A DNA stretch of 48,000 nucleotides from Calothrix sp. NIES-4105 (GCA_002368415.1 AP018290.1:6887717-6935716), one strand, 5' to 3'; positions 37,038 through 46,219 are shown, numbered from the stretch's first letter. Numbers and translations: made by a program. Notes: a model not told the origin generated them from the sequence alone.

Positions 37038-37562
37038 ATGGATCAAGGTAGTATTGAATTGGCTAGAAGCCTTTACCAGAGCGGCGTAGTAGCGTTTGAG
37101 AACGGGAAATACCGCGAAGCTGTTGAAAGTTTAGAGCGAGCTAACGCCCTTGTTGCTCGCAATACTCGTTTTGGTGGGGAGGTGCAAATTTGGTTGGCAA
37201 CAGCATATGAAGCAGCAGGTCGAAACCAGGATGCTGTTGACCTATGTGAGCAACTTAAGCGTCATCCTGATATTGATACTAGTACACAGGCAAAGCGCTT
37301 ACAGTATATATGGAAGGCGCCTAAACTAAACCGTCCCAAGGAATGGTTGACAGAGATACCAGATATGGGCGCCATGTCAGGTAATAATGATAAAACTAAG
37401 TTTGTAACGAATACGAACTCGAATACACCTGAAAAAGCTCCTGAGAAGGAGTATGTAGACTTAAACCAAGTCAATACAAAGGATAATCGCTTTATTTGGG
37501 TTGCTTTAATAGGGGTTGCTTTAACGCTTTCATATTTAATTTGGCTAAAGTTTAATGCCTAA
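37038..37562 (+). CDS. Small TPR-like protein with a C-terminal transmembrane helix.
   Basis: 'ARSLYQSGVVAFENGKYREAVESLERA....EVQIWLATAYEAAGRNQDAVDLCEQL' is TPR-like. The C-terminal helix is 'FIWVALIGVALTLSYLIWL'. Confidence 0.6.
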   Translation: MDQGSIELARSLYQSGVVAFENGKYREAVESLERANALVARNTRFGGEVQIWLATAYEAAGRNQDAVDLCEQLKRHPDIDTSTQAKRLQYIWKAPKLNRPKEWLTEIPDMGAMSGNNDKTKFVTNTNSNTPEKAPEKEYVDLNQVNTKDNRFIWVALIGVALTLSYLIWLKFNA

Positions 37563-37665
37563 GAGGCTAAAACCATTATATTTTAATGACTTGTAGGATA
37601 GGCGTCGATGCGTCCGTATATAAACACCCTCCAAGTCCCGGTAACTCGTTAAGGAGTAAAGCTTT

Positions 37666-38520
37666 ATGGTTCGACTAGTTGCAAGGAAGGATATTAGATT
37701 TGTTAAACATCTATTTCAAGGTATCTCAAAACGCGCGCGGATTATTTTCTTAATAATGCTTGCGTCTTTACTTTTATCTGGATGTGTTAAATATGACGTA
37801 GGCGTAAACTTCAATAACTCTAACTACGGTGAATTTGTCCAGCATATACACTTAGGCGAACGTCTTACTACCTTTAGTGGCGACTCAGTATATGAATGGT
37901 TAGATAGTATTGAACGTCGCGCGCGTAAACTTGATGGTAAAACACGGCGCCTTTCTAGGGAAGAAGTTGTCGTCACAATACCTTTTAACAATGCCGAAGA
38001 ATTACAAACAAAGTTTAATCAATTCTTCAACCCTAATCTAAATGAAAAAGGTAAATACAAAGACGTTAATACAGATTTACCAAAAATTGAATCGAATATA
38101 CTACTATTCCAGAACAACTTTCTGTTACTAGTTCGGAACAAGTTAATTTACGACTTAGATTTAAGTTCGCTGGCATTAATATCCAATAATGGTAACGTGC
38201 TAGCAAATGCAGGCTCAATTTTAGACCTACAGTTTAGTCTCAAAACACCGTGGGGCGCCAAAATTAATAATACTACTCAACAAACCGACCAACAAACAGA
38301 GAATGCAGTTGTACCCGAAACCAACGGCAAACAATTAACTTGGCGCCTAAACCCAGGAGAACTTAACCACATCGAAGTCGTCTTTTGGCTTCCAAGTCCA
38401 CTAGGTATAGGCGCCTTAATAATTATCTTATTAGTTAGCCTCGGAATATACATCCGCTACAATTTACTCCCCGATCCCAGAATACAATTTGCTCAACCAG
38501 TAGCCACCGAGCAATCATAA
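37666..38520 (+). CDS. Putative lipoprotein. It resembles cyanobacterial DUF3153-type proteins, but the family name is tentative.
   Basis: It has a signal peptide with lipobox 'LLLSGC', then 'VKYDVGVNF....GEFVQHIHL', and a C-terminal TM helix. Confidence 0.55.
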   Translation: MVRLVARKDIRFVKHLFQGISKRARIIFLIMLASLLLSGCVKYDVGVNFNNSNYGEFVQHIHLGERLTTFSGDSVYEWLDSIERRARKLDGKTRRLSREEVVVTIPFNNAEELQTKFNQFFNPNLNEKGKYKDVNTDLPKIESNILLFQNNFLLLVRNKLIYDLDLSSLALISNNGNVLANAGSILDLQFSLKTPWGAKINNTTQQTDQQTENAVVPETNGKQLTWRLNPGELNHIEVVFWLPSPLGIGALIIILLVSLGIYIRYNLLPDPRIQFAQPVATEQS

Positions 38521-38555
38521 CGTAGGTTGGGTGAAGCGCGCACGCGCGTAACCCA

Positions 38556-38583
38556 ACATCCAACATCCAACATCCAACATCAA
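38556..38583. repeat. STRR-like heptamer array (acatcca x ~4) next to a 'taggttgggt..taacccaac' hairpin element.
   Basis: The array reads 'aacatccaacatccaacatccaacatcaac'. The hairpin element lies at 38522-38556. Confidence 0.8.
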
Positions 38584-38915
38584 CCCACCCCAAAACCCGT
38601 ATATTGCCTAACAAGTGGTTCATTAAAAGCCAAAACAATATCTTCTTTTGGTACTCCTAATCTAACTAACTCATTTGCCATCCCAATCTCTGTTCCATCG
38701 TGCTGAATCCAAATTTTTCCATCTATAATATCCAAATGTAAAACACATCCATACATACGGCGCCTGTTTTCCCACCCTGCATAAACTACTTGATAATGGT
38801 CACGTACAGTATCAAAAACTAGCTCTGATCTAACTTCACTATCAGAAGAACCTTCATTGACATAATCGGTTAGTACTTGTTGAATATACATCCGGTATAA
38901 CTCTATTTTTTCCAT
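38580..38915 (-). CDS. xisI: XisI-family protein (element-excision controlling factor family).
   Basis: 'MEKIELYRMYIQQVLTDY.....SELVFDTVRDHYQVVYAGWENRRRMYGCVLHLDIIDGKIWIQHDGTE.G.A.ELV..GVPKEDIVLAF' is the XisI pattern. Its length of 111 aa is also typical. Confidence 0.8.
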   Translation of the reverse strand: MEKIELYRMYIQQVLTDYVNEGSSDSEVRSELVFDTVRDHYQVVYAGWENRRRMYGCVLHLDIIDGKIWIQHDGTEIGMANELVRLGVPKEDIVLAFNEPLVRQYTGFGVG

Positions 38916-38995
38916 TCTAAAATCTCCTCTTTTGTCGGGTCATAAATCATTAACTGAATCTCTTGTTGAACAGGCATCCCGAACTGCCCCCTTAT
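38903..38995 (-). pseudogene. xisH: C-terminal remnant (~30 codons) of xisH.
   Basis: '..QFGMPVQQEIQLMIYDPTKEEILEWKK*' overlaps the xisI start, as in intact xisHI pairs. The other ~100 codons are absent, with an in-frame stop at 39020-39022. Confidence 0.5.
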
Positions 38996-39031
38996 ATAAT
39001 TTAAAAGTAAACTATCTGACTAACTTCAACC

Positions 39032-39776
39032 TTAATGCATTAGCATCACCATTCTTTCATCTAGTCCTTGGTGGAAAAATTCAAGTCTTTGATTAGTCTC
39101 AAAATCTCTAGGGTTAATCGAATTAATAATAAATGGAAATAATGCCGGGGTTTGGCTAATTACACTTAAAGCTTGAGAATCAAAATCACTTGCAACTAAA
39201 GCAGCTTCTACTAACCATGCTGCCAGTTTTCTATTATCAATTAATTGTGTTAATCGTGGTTGATATACCCCTATTTCGCTAGTATCTTGTAGCACACCCC
39301 AATCAACAAAGCAGCGTAATACACGTGTTCGTCGCGCGCGATACTGTTTCCCGTTCACCGAGTTTTTCTTGTAAGCGTCTTTGTATCGAACGTGCAGCAA
39401 ATGAACCTTGTAGTCTCAGCAATCTTCCAGTATGTTCTGCGACAATGCCAAAAAATGGATAAACAGCCATCGTCATCCCCCAATGTATGGGTAGATGTTG
39501 TTCTTTAGGAGTATTTTGTAAAAATTCTAATGCTTCATCTCGTAACGGCGCCAGTTTTGCTGGTACTGTAACCCATATTTTTGAAAGTATTGAAATTGCT
39601 TTACAGCGACCGCTAGATTTACTCTCGCTACCAACAGAAAGTTTATCGAGCAAAAAATCATTTAGCGCTGCTTGTATTTCACGGCGTGTATAACCAGCAA
39701 GAAACAGGTTGGCTGTGAGTTCCAACCACTCTAGCTGAATACGCTGACTAAAACCAACTTCATAACGCCTGTTCAT
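39032..39776 (-). pseudogene. BrxA-like (DUF1819-like, tentative) gene split by a frameshift.
   Basis: Two overlapping ORFs (157 and 122 aa) read on as '...GERETVSRA|RRTRVLRCFVDWGVLQDT...'. The frame change sits at the cgcgcgcg run at 39333-39340. The gene starts 6 nt after the pglZ-like stop. Confidence 0.4.
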
Positions 39777-39782
39777 TTGGTC

Positions 39783-40520
39783 TTATTTATAAATGCTTAT
39801 AAATGGTACTATTAATTCCTCTACACAAGTACTACCATGAGCAACTATTTTTTCTCCTTGTCGAATGAATGCTTGGCGCCTGGGTGCTAGAAGTGGGAAG
39901 TATTGCGGTGGTAGTCCTAGTTGCCACTCGATAGCTGTAGCAAATTCGTTTTTAACTAAAGAACGAAGTAGTTTATCTGGGTAAACTCTTACACGTTCTC
40001 CTCGTACATCGGCAATGGCGCCTTCTAATGGTTGCCCAATACCAGTTGCTTCGATGTTGCCGTGGTCAGATGTCGTGATGTACGATTGTTTTGATGGTTT
40101 AGGGCAGTCCCTAAAAGCCTATCCTCTCCTCGGAGATTACAGCTATTAAAACAAAGATGCTGTGAGAATATAGAGGATGAAGTCTACATTTGTTGTTCAG
40201 GTTGTAGCTCGATTCCTAAGACACTTTTCTAGGACTTGTTTACCCAGTGCCATCTTCCCTTTAACGCCAGTGTTGTTACCTGCTTGTTTTACAACTGATT
40301 GCGTCCTGTTCCCAGCAACAGAAGCTCCATAATTCCGAGTATGGTCACTGTGGGCAGATAGGGGGTCACTTGTCTCCTCAAGGGTAGGGCTTGCCTTTCT
40401 AGGTTACTTGGCTCACCTACATCGATAAAAACAGTTATACGTTTTGAAATTAACTTTCAAAAACACACCTCAGCCATACATCCCTAATTTCTAGGGGTTC
40501 CTTCTGAGAACGAGCCGCAC
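39783..40520 (-). pseudogene. pglZ: PglZ (alkaline-phosphatase-like) domain region, broken by several stops and frameshifts.
   Basis: The last 105 codons are clean: '..KQSYITTSDHGNIEATG.......AHGSTCVEELIVPFISIYK*' (TSDHG and HGG-type motifs). Upstream, pieces in three frames still read 'KRITVFIDVGE..' and 'YLPTVTILGIMELLLLGTG', the latter resembling the PS/TxT motif. Confidence 0.55.
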
Positions 40521-41482
40521 TATTTTTGAATCTCTACTTCTACACTTAGCAACTGTTCCCAAATGTAGCGGGCTGTAGGTAAAAATACTCGTCCACTATC
40601 ATGCAGAAACAAAGGCATTATACGCTGTTGATTCCAATTTTCGGTATATATAGTCAGGCGCCACAATGACCAGAAACCGTTCACATCAGCGGGTAATGTT
40701 GAAATTGTGATACAAGGGATAGGTTGTCCTTGAGCAAAGCTAGTTTTTGCCATCACTATTCCCCGAATGCGCGCGTCTTCTAAAGTTAAATGTGTTGCCG
40801 AGGGTAGCGTTGCTGCTTCTGTTGCGGTAAATACTACGTTATCTAACTGTTCTCCTGTAGGTAACGTGAGATTCCATGTTTTATTTTTCTGGGCTATACC
40901 GTTATGTGCTTTTAAGTAATTAATAGTCATGCGTTCCACCCAGTGAGGGATGGGATGGTCGATAAGTTGCTGTGCGGCGCCAGTATCTAATTTTTCGTTA
41001 GTTTTATAGATAGCTGAACTTTCTTTAGCTGTTGCTAGTTGTTGCTGGACTCGACTCACAACTTCTTCCACTTTGGTATTTAAGCTTTCTGGGTTGATGA
41101 GAGTTTCGATATATAAATCATCTTTTTGAATAAGATTAACTAAATTTGTTCGGACTACACATGCACCTGAAATAATTGATTTAACAACTATTAAATATTT
41201 AACTTTACCTTTAGTCGGTTCTTGATATTTCTTGAAAATAGGAGCAACTTTTAAATCTTCTATTTCAAAAGGAGAAAAACGTTGATTCCAAAAACATGCA
41301 AAAGCAACTTGAGACAACCTATTCTCTAAACTAGTTAATATACCCTTAGCCAAAAAATCAGCATCTTCCACTGTAGATGCCAAATATACATCAGACTCTT
41401 GACTATCAATTTGATCTAAAATATATTCACCAAGGCTATTACCAAGTTGAGTCATAGTTTTCTTGTATAGCTGTCCAGTCAA
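40520..41482 (-). CDS. Unassigned ORF (320 aa) inside the BREX-like relic.
   Basis: This ORF is in the track and carries host GGCGCC/CGCGCG palindromes. The C-terminal half ('LPADVNGFWSLWRLTIYTENWNQQRIMPLFLHDSGRVF') reminds me of RapA_C-type tails of SNF2 helicases, which is a weak impression only. Confidence 0.4.
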   Translation of the reverse strand: MTGQLYKKTMTQLGNSLGEYILDQIDSQESDVYLASTVEDADFLAKGILTSLENRLSQVAFACFWNQRFSPFEIEDLKVAPIFKKYQEPTKGKVKYLIVVKSIISGACVVRTNLVNLIQKDDLYIETLINPESLNTKVEEVVSRVQQQLATAKESSAIYKTNEKLDTGAAQQLIDHPIPHWVERMTINYLKAHNGIAQKNKTWNLTLPTGEQLDNVVFTATEAATLPSATHLTLEDARIRGIVMAKTSFAQGQPIPCITISTLPADVNGFWSLWRLTIYTENWNQQRIMPLFLHDSGRVFLPTARYIWEQLLSVEVEIQK

Positions 41483-42165
41483 TATTTTGATAAAAATTTA
41501 ATGTACTTGTAATCATAAGCTTTCGCTTTTCCCCCCAAGCTTCTAAAAAACTTCTGCCATCATGGAAAGTAATTGTTTCAATTGGCACAAGCTCACCATC
41601 TAGCACCCTTAATAAATCCTGCGGCAATATTGGTTCATTAGGTGGGTTAAAAGCTGCTAAGGAATTGTATATAAGACTATCGTTAGCAACTTTATCTATT
41701 AAGTAAAGACTTTGTGCGGCTCTATCTCTCTCCAAACCCCATATTAACATTGGATAGACCAAAAGGGCGCCTGTTGTTGTGCCAACATAAAGTTTTTTAT
41801 CATCGGAGAAAAAGTCAGAGACAGCAAATTCTTCTGGCATGGGTTCATTTGATTCTCCCATTAAAACAAAGCGAACAATATGGTTAACCTTACGTATTGG
41901 TCTTTGAGTATCAACTAAAAATAAAGGTAACTCACATAAAGGTAAAATTCCTTGCAGTCCTTCCTCAAGAGTTGTTAATGGATTTTCTATATTTAAAGTG
42001 GTGATAGCACTAAGTTCATTCAAACCTCTTAAATCATGACCAATCTTATTTCTCGTTTCTAATAATTTTTCTAATTTACCCTTTGCTAGGCTTTTTTTAG
42101 TCTGTAAGCATTCAGTGAATAAAGGTTTTAGTGGATGAGAAGCTTTTCGTTCTGTGTGGATACCT
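41439..42165 (-). CDS. Unassigned ORF, probably 5'-truncated. The frame is open to 42165 with no ATG; the track calls 194 aa from a TTG at 42023.
   Basis: The upstream in-frame extension reads '..KGKLEKLLETRNKIGHDLRG', an Rx4H HEPN-like motif. It is cut off where the mazF relic begins. Confidence 0.35.
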
Positions 42166-42176
42166 CATCATCTGGA

Positions 42177-42238
42177 AACGACGAACTCTTTGCCGATAAA
42201 TTTTCAACGCGGTAATTTCGTGTTGGGACAGACACATG
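42177..42238 (+). pseudogene. Relic of a second mazE-3'/mazF-5' junction.
   Basis: 'acgacgaactctttgccgataaattttcaacgcggtaatttcgtgttg' aligns to 36316-36377 at roughly 80% identity. It encodes TNSLPINFQRGNFVLG and then diverges. Confidence 0.65.
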
Positions 42239-42285
42239 GTTGTCAAAAACAGATAGAATGGATATAGAGTTTTTGGGCTGACACT

Positions 42286-42624
42286 ATGCATGATACATCA
42301 CCGCTCTACTTGATTGACCAGCAGTTAGAACTCTTGACTCTTAAAGAATTAATAGAGATCAGAGTTAAAGTGGATGAGTTAATTCAGAAAAAGAATATTT
42401 CAAGTAATGGCAATCATGAGATAATCTCTCATTTGAGCAAACAAATAAGCCCAGTATTTGCCGCCATTTATGTTCAGCTTCTTGAAGAAAAAGAGGTAAA
42501 AAATGATTCCATCGAAAATGTGAATAAGCTTGTTTCTGAATGGATGCAAGATGAATCGGATTATGATGAGGAAACCTATCCTCTACTTGAGGAAGGATTA
42601 AAAAATAATCGTTTTTCTATATAA
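42286..42624 (+). CDS. Putative antitoxin (112 aa) of the PIN toxin.
   Basis: It is a small acidic protein ending 8 nt upstream of the PIN gene. Confidence 0.5.
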   Translation: MHDTSPLYLIDQQLELLTLKELIEIRVKVDELIQKKNISSNGNHEIISHLSKQISPVFAAIYVQLLEEKEVKNDSIENVNKLVSEWMQDESDYDEETYPLLEEGLKNNRFSI

Positions 42625-42632
42625 AAAAATTC

Positions 42633-43103
42633 ATGACCAGGGCTGTTTTGCTGGATTCAGGACCATTGGGACAAGTTGTCCATCCGAAAAGAGACTCAAA
42701 AATTACTAAGTGGTTAAAGATGTTACAGGAGCAGTCAAATAAACTGCGAGTTCCTGAAATTGCTGACTACGAAGTGCGGCGTGAACTTTTGAGATTAAAA
42801 AGAAACAAAAGTATAAATAGATTAAATCAGCTAGCTCGCTATAACTTGATACCGCTTGATACGGATACAATGAGGACAGCAGCAGAACTTTGGGCAAATA
42901 TAAGAACCGAGGGACAGCCCACAGCCAGTAACGATAGTTTAGATGGAGATGTTATTCTTGCAGCGCAAGCAATTCTCCAGTTAAATAATTTTGATGAGGT
43001 TATAGTAGTAACCACTAATTTTAATCACATATCACGGTTTGAAAGCGTAGGAATGCAAGTTCAAGACTGGCAAGAACTTCTTGATAATTTGGATGATTTA
43101 TAG
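42633..43103 (+). CDS. PIN-domain (VapC-like) toxin.
   Basis: The acidic PIN residues appear in 'AVLLDSGPLG', 'IADYEVRRELL', 'DGDVILAAQA' and 'VVTTNFNHISRF'. Confidence 0.7.
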   Translation: MTRAVLLDSGPLGQVVHPKRDSKITKWLKMLQEQSNKLRVPEIADYEVRRELLRLKRNKSINRLNQLARYNLIPLDTDTMRTAAELWANIRTEGQPTASNDSLDGDVILAAQAILQLNNFDEVIVVTTNFNHISRFESVGMQVQDWQELLDNLDDL

Positions 43104-43154
43104 ATATTTTAATTTTATATAGCAATCCTAAATCATTCATAAAATTTGTGCGTT

Positions 43155-43182
43155 GTAGAGACGCGATTAATCGCGTCTCTAC
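43155..43182. repeat. Perfect intergenic 28-nt palindrome, the reference copy of the family.
   Basis: The sequence is 'gtagagacgcgattaatcgcgtctctac'. Confidence 0.9.
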
Positions 43183-43214
43183 GGGTATAATTTTTGATAA
43201 TTTCTATAACAATG

Positions 43215-43699
43215 CTACAGACTAACCGCTAAAAAGCCGTCTACGGGATAAATTTTATATTCTGGATGCCTGTGTTCAGCATAAATCAGATTATTATTTT
43301 CAATGCTACCATTCCATACTGCGACTATGATGCGATTGCGGGCTAATTTCTGAAGACACCCAGAGGATTAAGTTTAAGGGAAACATCAAACAAAATTTCT
43401 AGATGCTCTAAGAAAATTACTTCATTATCATTATCACTGACTATTTTCTTTAATAACTCTTCAGTTTTTAACGCGCGCTGCCGTTGTGTCAACTCCAAAA
43501 GGTGCCGACTCAATTCAAGGTTAACATTGATATATCCACTGTTAGTAGCCTCAGCTATCTGCTGGAAGTTTATTTGCGAAGTACTTTGGTATGGAATAAT
43601 TATTAATCGATAGTACTGCTCTGCTACTTGGGCAGAGTAACTGACAAGTTGAGTTATTGTCTCTTGCTGAGACACAGAGGTAGCAACTTCTTGACTCAT
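43215..43699 (-). pseudogene. brxF: brxF-like (BREX type 3 small P-loop protein) with a frameshift and a lost Walker A motif.
   Basis: 'YINVNLELSRHLLELTQRQRALK...VIFLEHLEILFDVSLKLNPLGVF' continues after a +1 shift near 43345 as 'LARNRIIVAVWNGSIENNNLIYAEHRHPEYKIYP'. This matches the BrxF pattern as I remember it (NVNLxLS..LL.L....R; LExLFD..L..DPL; R..VV..W.G....L.YA...HPEY). Where GxxGxGKT is expected the sequence reads 'IIPYQSTSQ'. Confidence 0.55.
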
Positions 43700-43814
43700 A
43701 GCTGTATCTTCCTGTTGCAGTTACGTTTCCATCTCAACTAAGCTTAATTGTTTGTGACCTGTTTCTCTATAATTATCCTCGCAAATTTCTGCGTTTTTTG
43801 TTAAGGACACAAAA

Positions 43815-45155
43815 ATGACGATTCAACAAATCATTGAATTAAAAAAAGCTGAATCATTACCTGGAAACTTTGGCTTACCTTTCTTAGGAGAAGCTTTGGG
43901 GCTATTTGCAGGGGAAGAATTATTCTACTGGGATAAATTTAGGCGCCACGGTAATATGTTTAAAACAAGTGTTTTAGGTAAAAAGTATGCGTTTTTAATT
44001 GGTACGGAAGCTAACTCTATTGTATTTAAAGAACAGGCAGATTGTTTTTCATCACGTTTAGGTTGGTGGTTTTTAGAGCCAATATTTGGTAATGGACTTT
44101 TGATGCAAGACGGCGCCGAACATGCAGTTGCACGTAGGTTGATGTATCCAGCGTTTCACTCTAAAACAGTAACTACTTACTTTGATGTTATCAACTCAAT
44201 AGTCCAAGAATATATCAAAGATTGGGGTACACGCGGTGTTATTCCCTTGGCATCCGATTTTCGGAAGCTGACTTTAATTGTTGCCAGTCGTTTATTTTTG
44301 GGCACGCAAACTATCGAAGAAGTTGAAAAAACCTGTGATTGGTTCACGCAACTTGTAGCAGGCAAACTAGCTATATTACGTTGGGATAATCCTTTAACTT
44401 TATACGGCCGCTCTCAAAACGCGCGCCGCAAATTACACGAATATTTACGTCAAACTATTAACAGGCGCCGAGATAGTTCAAAAGAATATTCGGATGTCCT
44501 CGCTTTATTAATGAACGCAGTTGGTGAAGATGGGTCACGTTTGAGTGATTCAGAAATAATCGAGCAAACTTTATTATTACTTGTAGCAGGACATGAAACA
44601 ACAGCGACCTTACTATCTTGGTTGATGTTTGAATTAGCTGCTCACCCAGAGTGGACAAGTAAACTGCGTCAGGAATTAAACCAAGTAGCTGGTGATGAAC
44701 TTAAAGTTGAACATCTTAAGCAACTTACTCAAATGACCAATGTGCTGAAGGAGATAGAACGTTTGTATCCTCCACTTTATGGTATTCCGCGCGGGGTAGT
44801 TAAAGATATAGAATATAACGGCTATCAAATTCCGGCTGGTTGGGTCGTAGTTGTATCGCCAATGCTAACTCATCGCATGGAGTCAATATATCAAAATCCT
44901 GACTGCTTCGACCCAGACCGTTTTGCTCCTCCACGAGAAGAAGATAAAAAATATCCTTTTGCATTGGCTGGTTTTGGTCATGGGCCTCACAGTTGCTTGG
45001 GTTTCCAGTTTGCTCAAATGGAGATGAAAATTATTTTGAGCCATCTGCTGCGTCAATATGATTGGTCGGTTATACCAGAGTACGAAAAAATTACTCCAGT
45101 TTTGGCGCCTTCTAAATTCTTAAATAAACTGCGCGCGTCTATTTGCCCCAAATAA
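43815..45155 (+). CDS. Cytochrome P450, CYP120-like.
   Basis: The heme loop 'FGHGPHSCLGFQFA', the 'AGHETT' I-helix, 'EIERLYPP' (ExxR region) and an N-terminal 'LPGNFGLPFLGE' are all present. Confidence 0.9.
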   Translation: MTIQQIIELKKAESLPGNFGLPFLGEALGLFAGEELFYWDKFRRHGNMFKTSVLGKKYAFLIGTEANSIVFKEQADCFSSRLGWWFLEPIFGNGLLMQDGAEHAVARRLMYPAFHSKTVTTYFDVINSIVQEYIKDWGTRGVIPLASDFRKLTLIVASRLFLGTQTIEEVEKTCDWFTQLVAGKLAILRWDNPLTLYGRSQNARRKLHEYLRQTINRRRDSSKEYSDVLALLMNAVGEDGSRLSDSEIIEQTLLLLVAGHETTATLLSWLMFELAAHPEWTSKLRQELNQVAGDELKVEHLKQLTQMTNVLKEIERLYPPLYGIPRGVVKDIEYNGYQIPAGWVVVVSPMLTHRMESIYQNPDCFDPDRFAPPREEDKKYPFALAGFGHGPHSCLGFQFAQMEMKIILSHLLRQYDWSVIPEYEKITPVLAPSKFLNKLRASICPK

Positions 45156-45156
45156 A

Positions 45157-45804
45157 TTACGGTGATAAGCGTTCGATTTTCCAACTGCCGTTTTCTTCAT
45201 TCAGAGTGTAACGCAAGCGGTCATGTAAACGACTTGGGCGCCCTTGCCAAAATTCAATCTCATAAGGAATAACTCGTAACCCACCCCAATGCGTGGGACG
45301 TGGAACATCTTGGTCTAAATATTTACTTTGCAACTCTTCAAAACGCTGTTCTAAAACTTCGCGGTTTTCTATAACCTCGCTTTGGTTTGATGCCCAGGCG
45401 CCGAGCCGACTCGATATCGGACGACTGTAATAATACGTATCTGATTCTGTTTCTGATACTTTCTCTACATGCCCGCATACTCGTACTTGACGTTCCAATT
45501 CAGCCCACCAAAACACGAGTGCAGCTTGGGGATTTTCTGCTAATTCTTGCCCTTTATGGCTGTTGTAGTTAGTGTAAAAAACAAAACCTCGTGCATCAAA
45601 ATCTTTCAGCAGTACAATTCGTGCTGATGGTTGACCGTCTTGTGTGGTAGTCGCTAGCGTCATCGCGTTAGGTTCAGGAAGCTGTGCCGCGCGAGCTTCG
45701 TCGAACCATCGTTTAAACTGTACAAAAGGGTTAATATCAACATCTGTTTCGTGAAGACCCCGTAAAGTGTAGTCTTTGCGTAGGTCTGCTATGCTTTTAT
45801 CCAT
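45157..45804 (-). CDS. pdxH: Pyridoxamine 5'-phosphate oxidase.
   Basis: 'LRKDYT...[53 protein letters not shown]', '[12 protein letters not shown]' and a C-terminal 'RLSP' match PdxH. Confidence 0.9.
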   Translation of the reverse strand: MDKSIADLRKDYTLRGLHETDVDINPFVQFKRWFDEARAAQLPEPNAMTLATTTQDGQPSARIVLLKDFDARGFVFYTNYNSHKGQELAENPQAALVFWWAELERQVRVCGHVEKVSETESDTYYYSRPISSRLGAWASNQSEVIENREVLEQRFEELQSKYLDQDVPRPTHWGGLRVIPYEIEFWQGRPSRLHDRLRYTLNEENGSWKIERLSP

Positions 45805-45940
45805 CTACACTCCTTCACGCTCCTCTCATATTTTATGTATAAAGGCGTTATTTATCCAAGCGCGCTCCGAGGCTTTTAGATTTGCAATTGCCTAAAAATA
45901 TTTATGATAGTGATTAATTCACGCACCTACAAATTTATTA

Positions 45941-46196
45941 TCCCAACTCCGCGCCGACTGTACGGGCGGGTTTACCAATATCCTGGTAAATAATGGGAAA
46001 TTTATCCCAACTCCGCGCCGACTGTACGGGCGGGTTTACCAATATCCTGGTAAATAATGGGAAATTTATCCCAACTCCGCGCCGACTGTACGGGCGGGTT
46101 TACCAATATCCTGGTAAATAATGGGAAATTTATCCCAACTCCGCGCCGACTGTACGGGCGGGTTTACCAATATCCTGGTAAATAATGGGAAATTTA
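45941..46196. repeat. Four perfect tandem copies of a 64-bp unit in the pdxH/transporter divergent intergenic region.
   Basis: 'tcccaactccgcgccgactgtacgggcgggtttaccaatatcctggtaaataatgggaaattta' starts at 45941, 46005, 46069 and 46133. I saw no mismatch. Confidence 0.95.
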
Positions 46197-46219
46197 TCTA
46201 AACCCGCCCTTACTACTAT

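Noticed and set aside
38435-38638. A 67-aa minus-strand ORF overlapping the end of the lipoprotein gene and xisI.
   Set aside because: It spans the hairpin and heptamer-repeat spacer and overlaps two better-supported genes, so it is an artefact of repeat sequence.
40090-40520. Possible ORF-less group II intron. The minus strand begins GTGCGGCTCG exactly at the stop of the 320-aa ORF, and about 430 nt of apparently non-coding sequence follow.
   Set aside because: I could not fold a domain V (AGC triad, 2-nt bulge, GNRA loop) anywhere in the segment. The region instead translates in shifting frames into PglZ-like pieces ('KRITVFIDVGE', 'LPTVTILGIMELLLLGTG') that lead into the clean TSDHG...HG C-terminus. 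A decayed pglZ explains it better, and the GUGCG is probably coincidence.
45941-46196. CRISPR array.
   Set aside because: The 64-bp units are directly abutting and identical. There are no spacers and no cas genes in the window.
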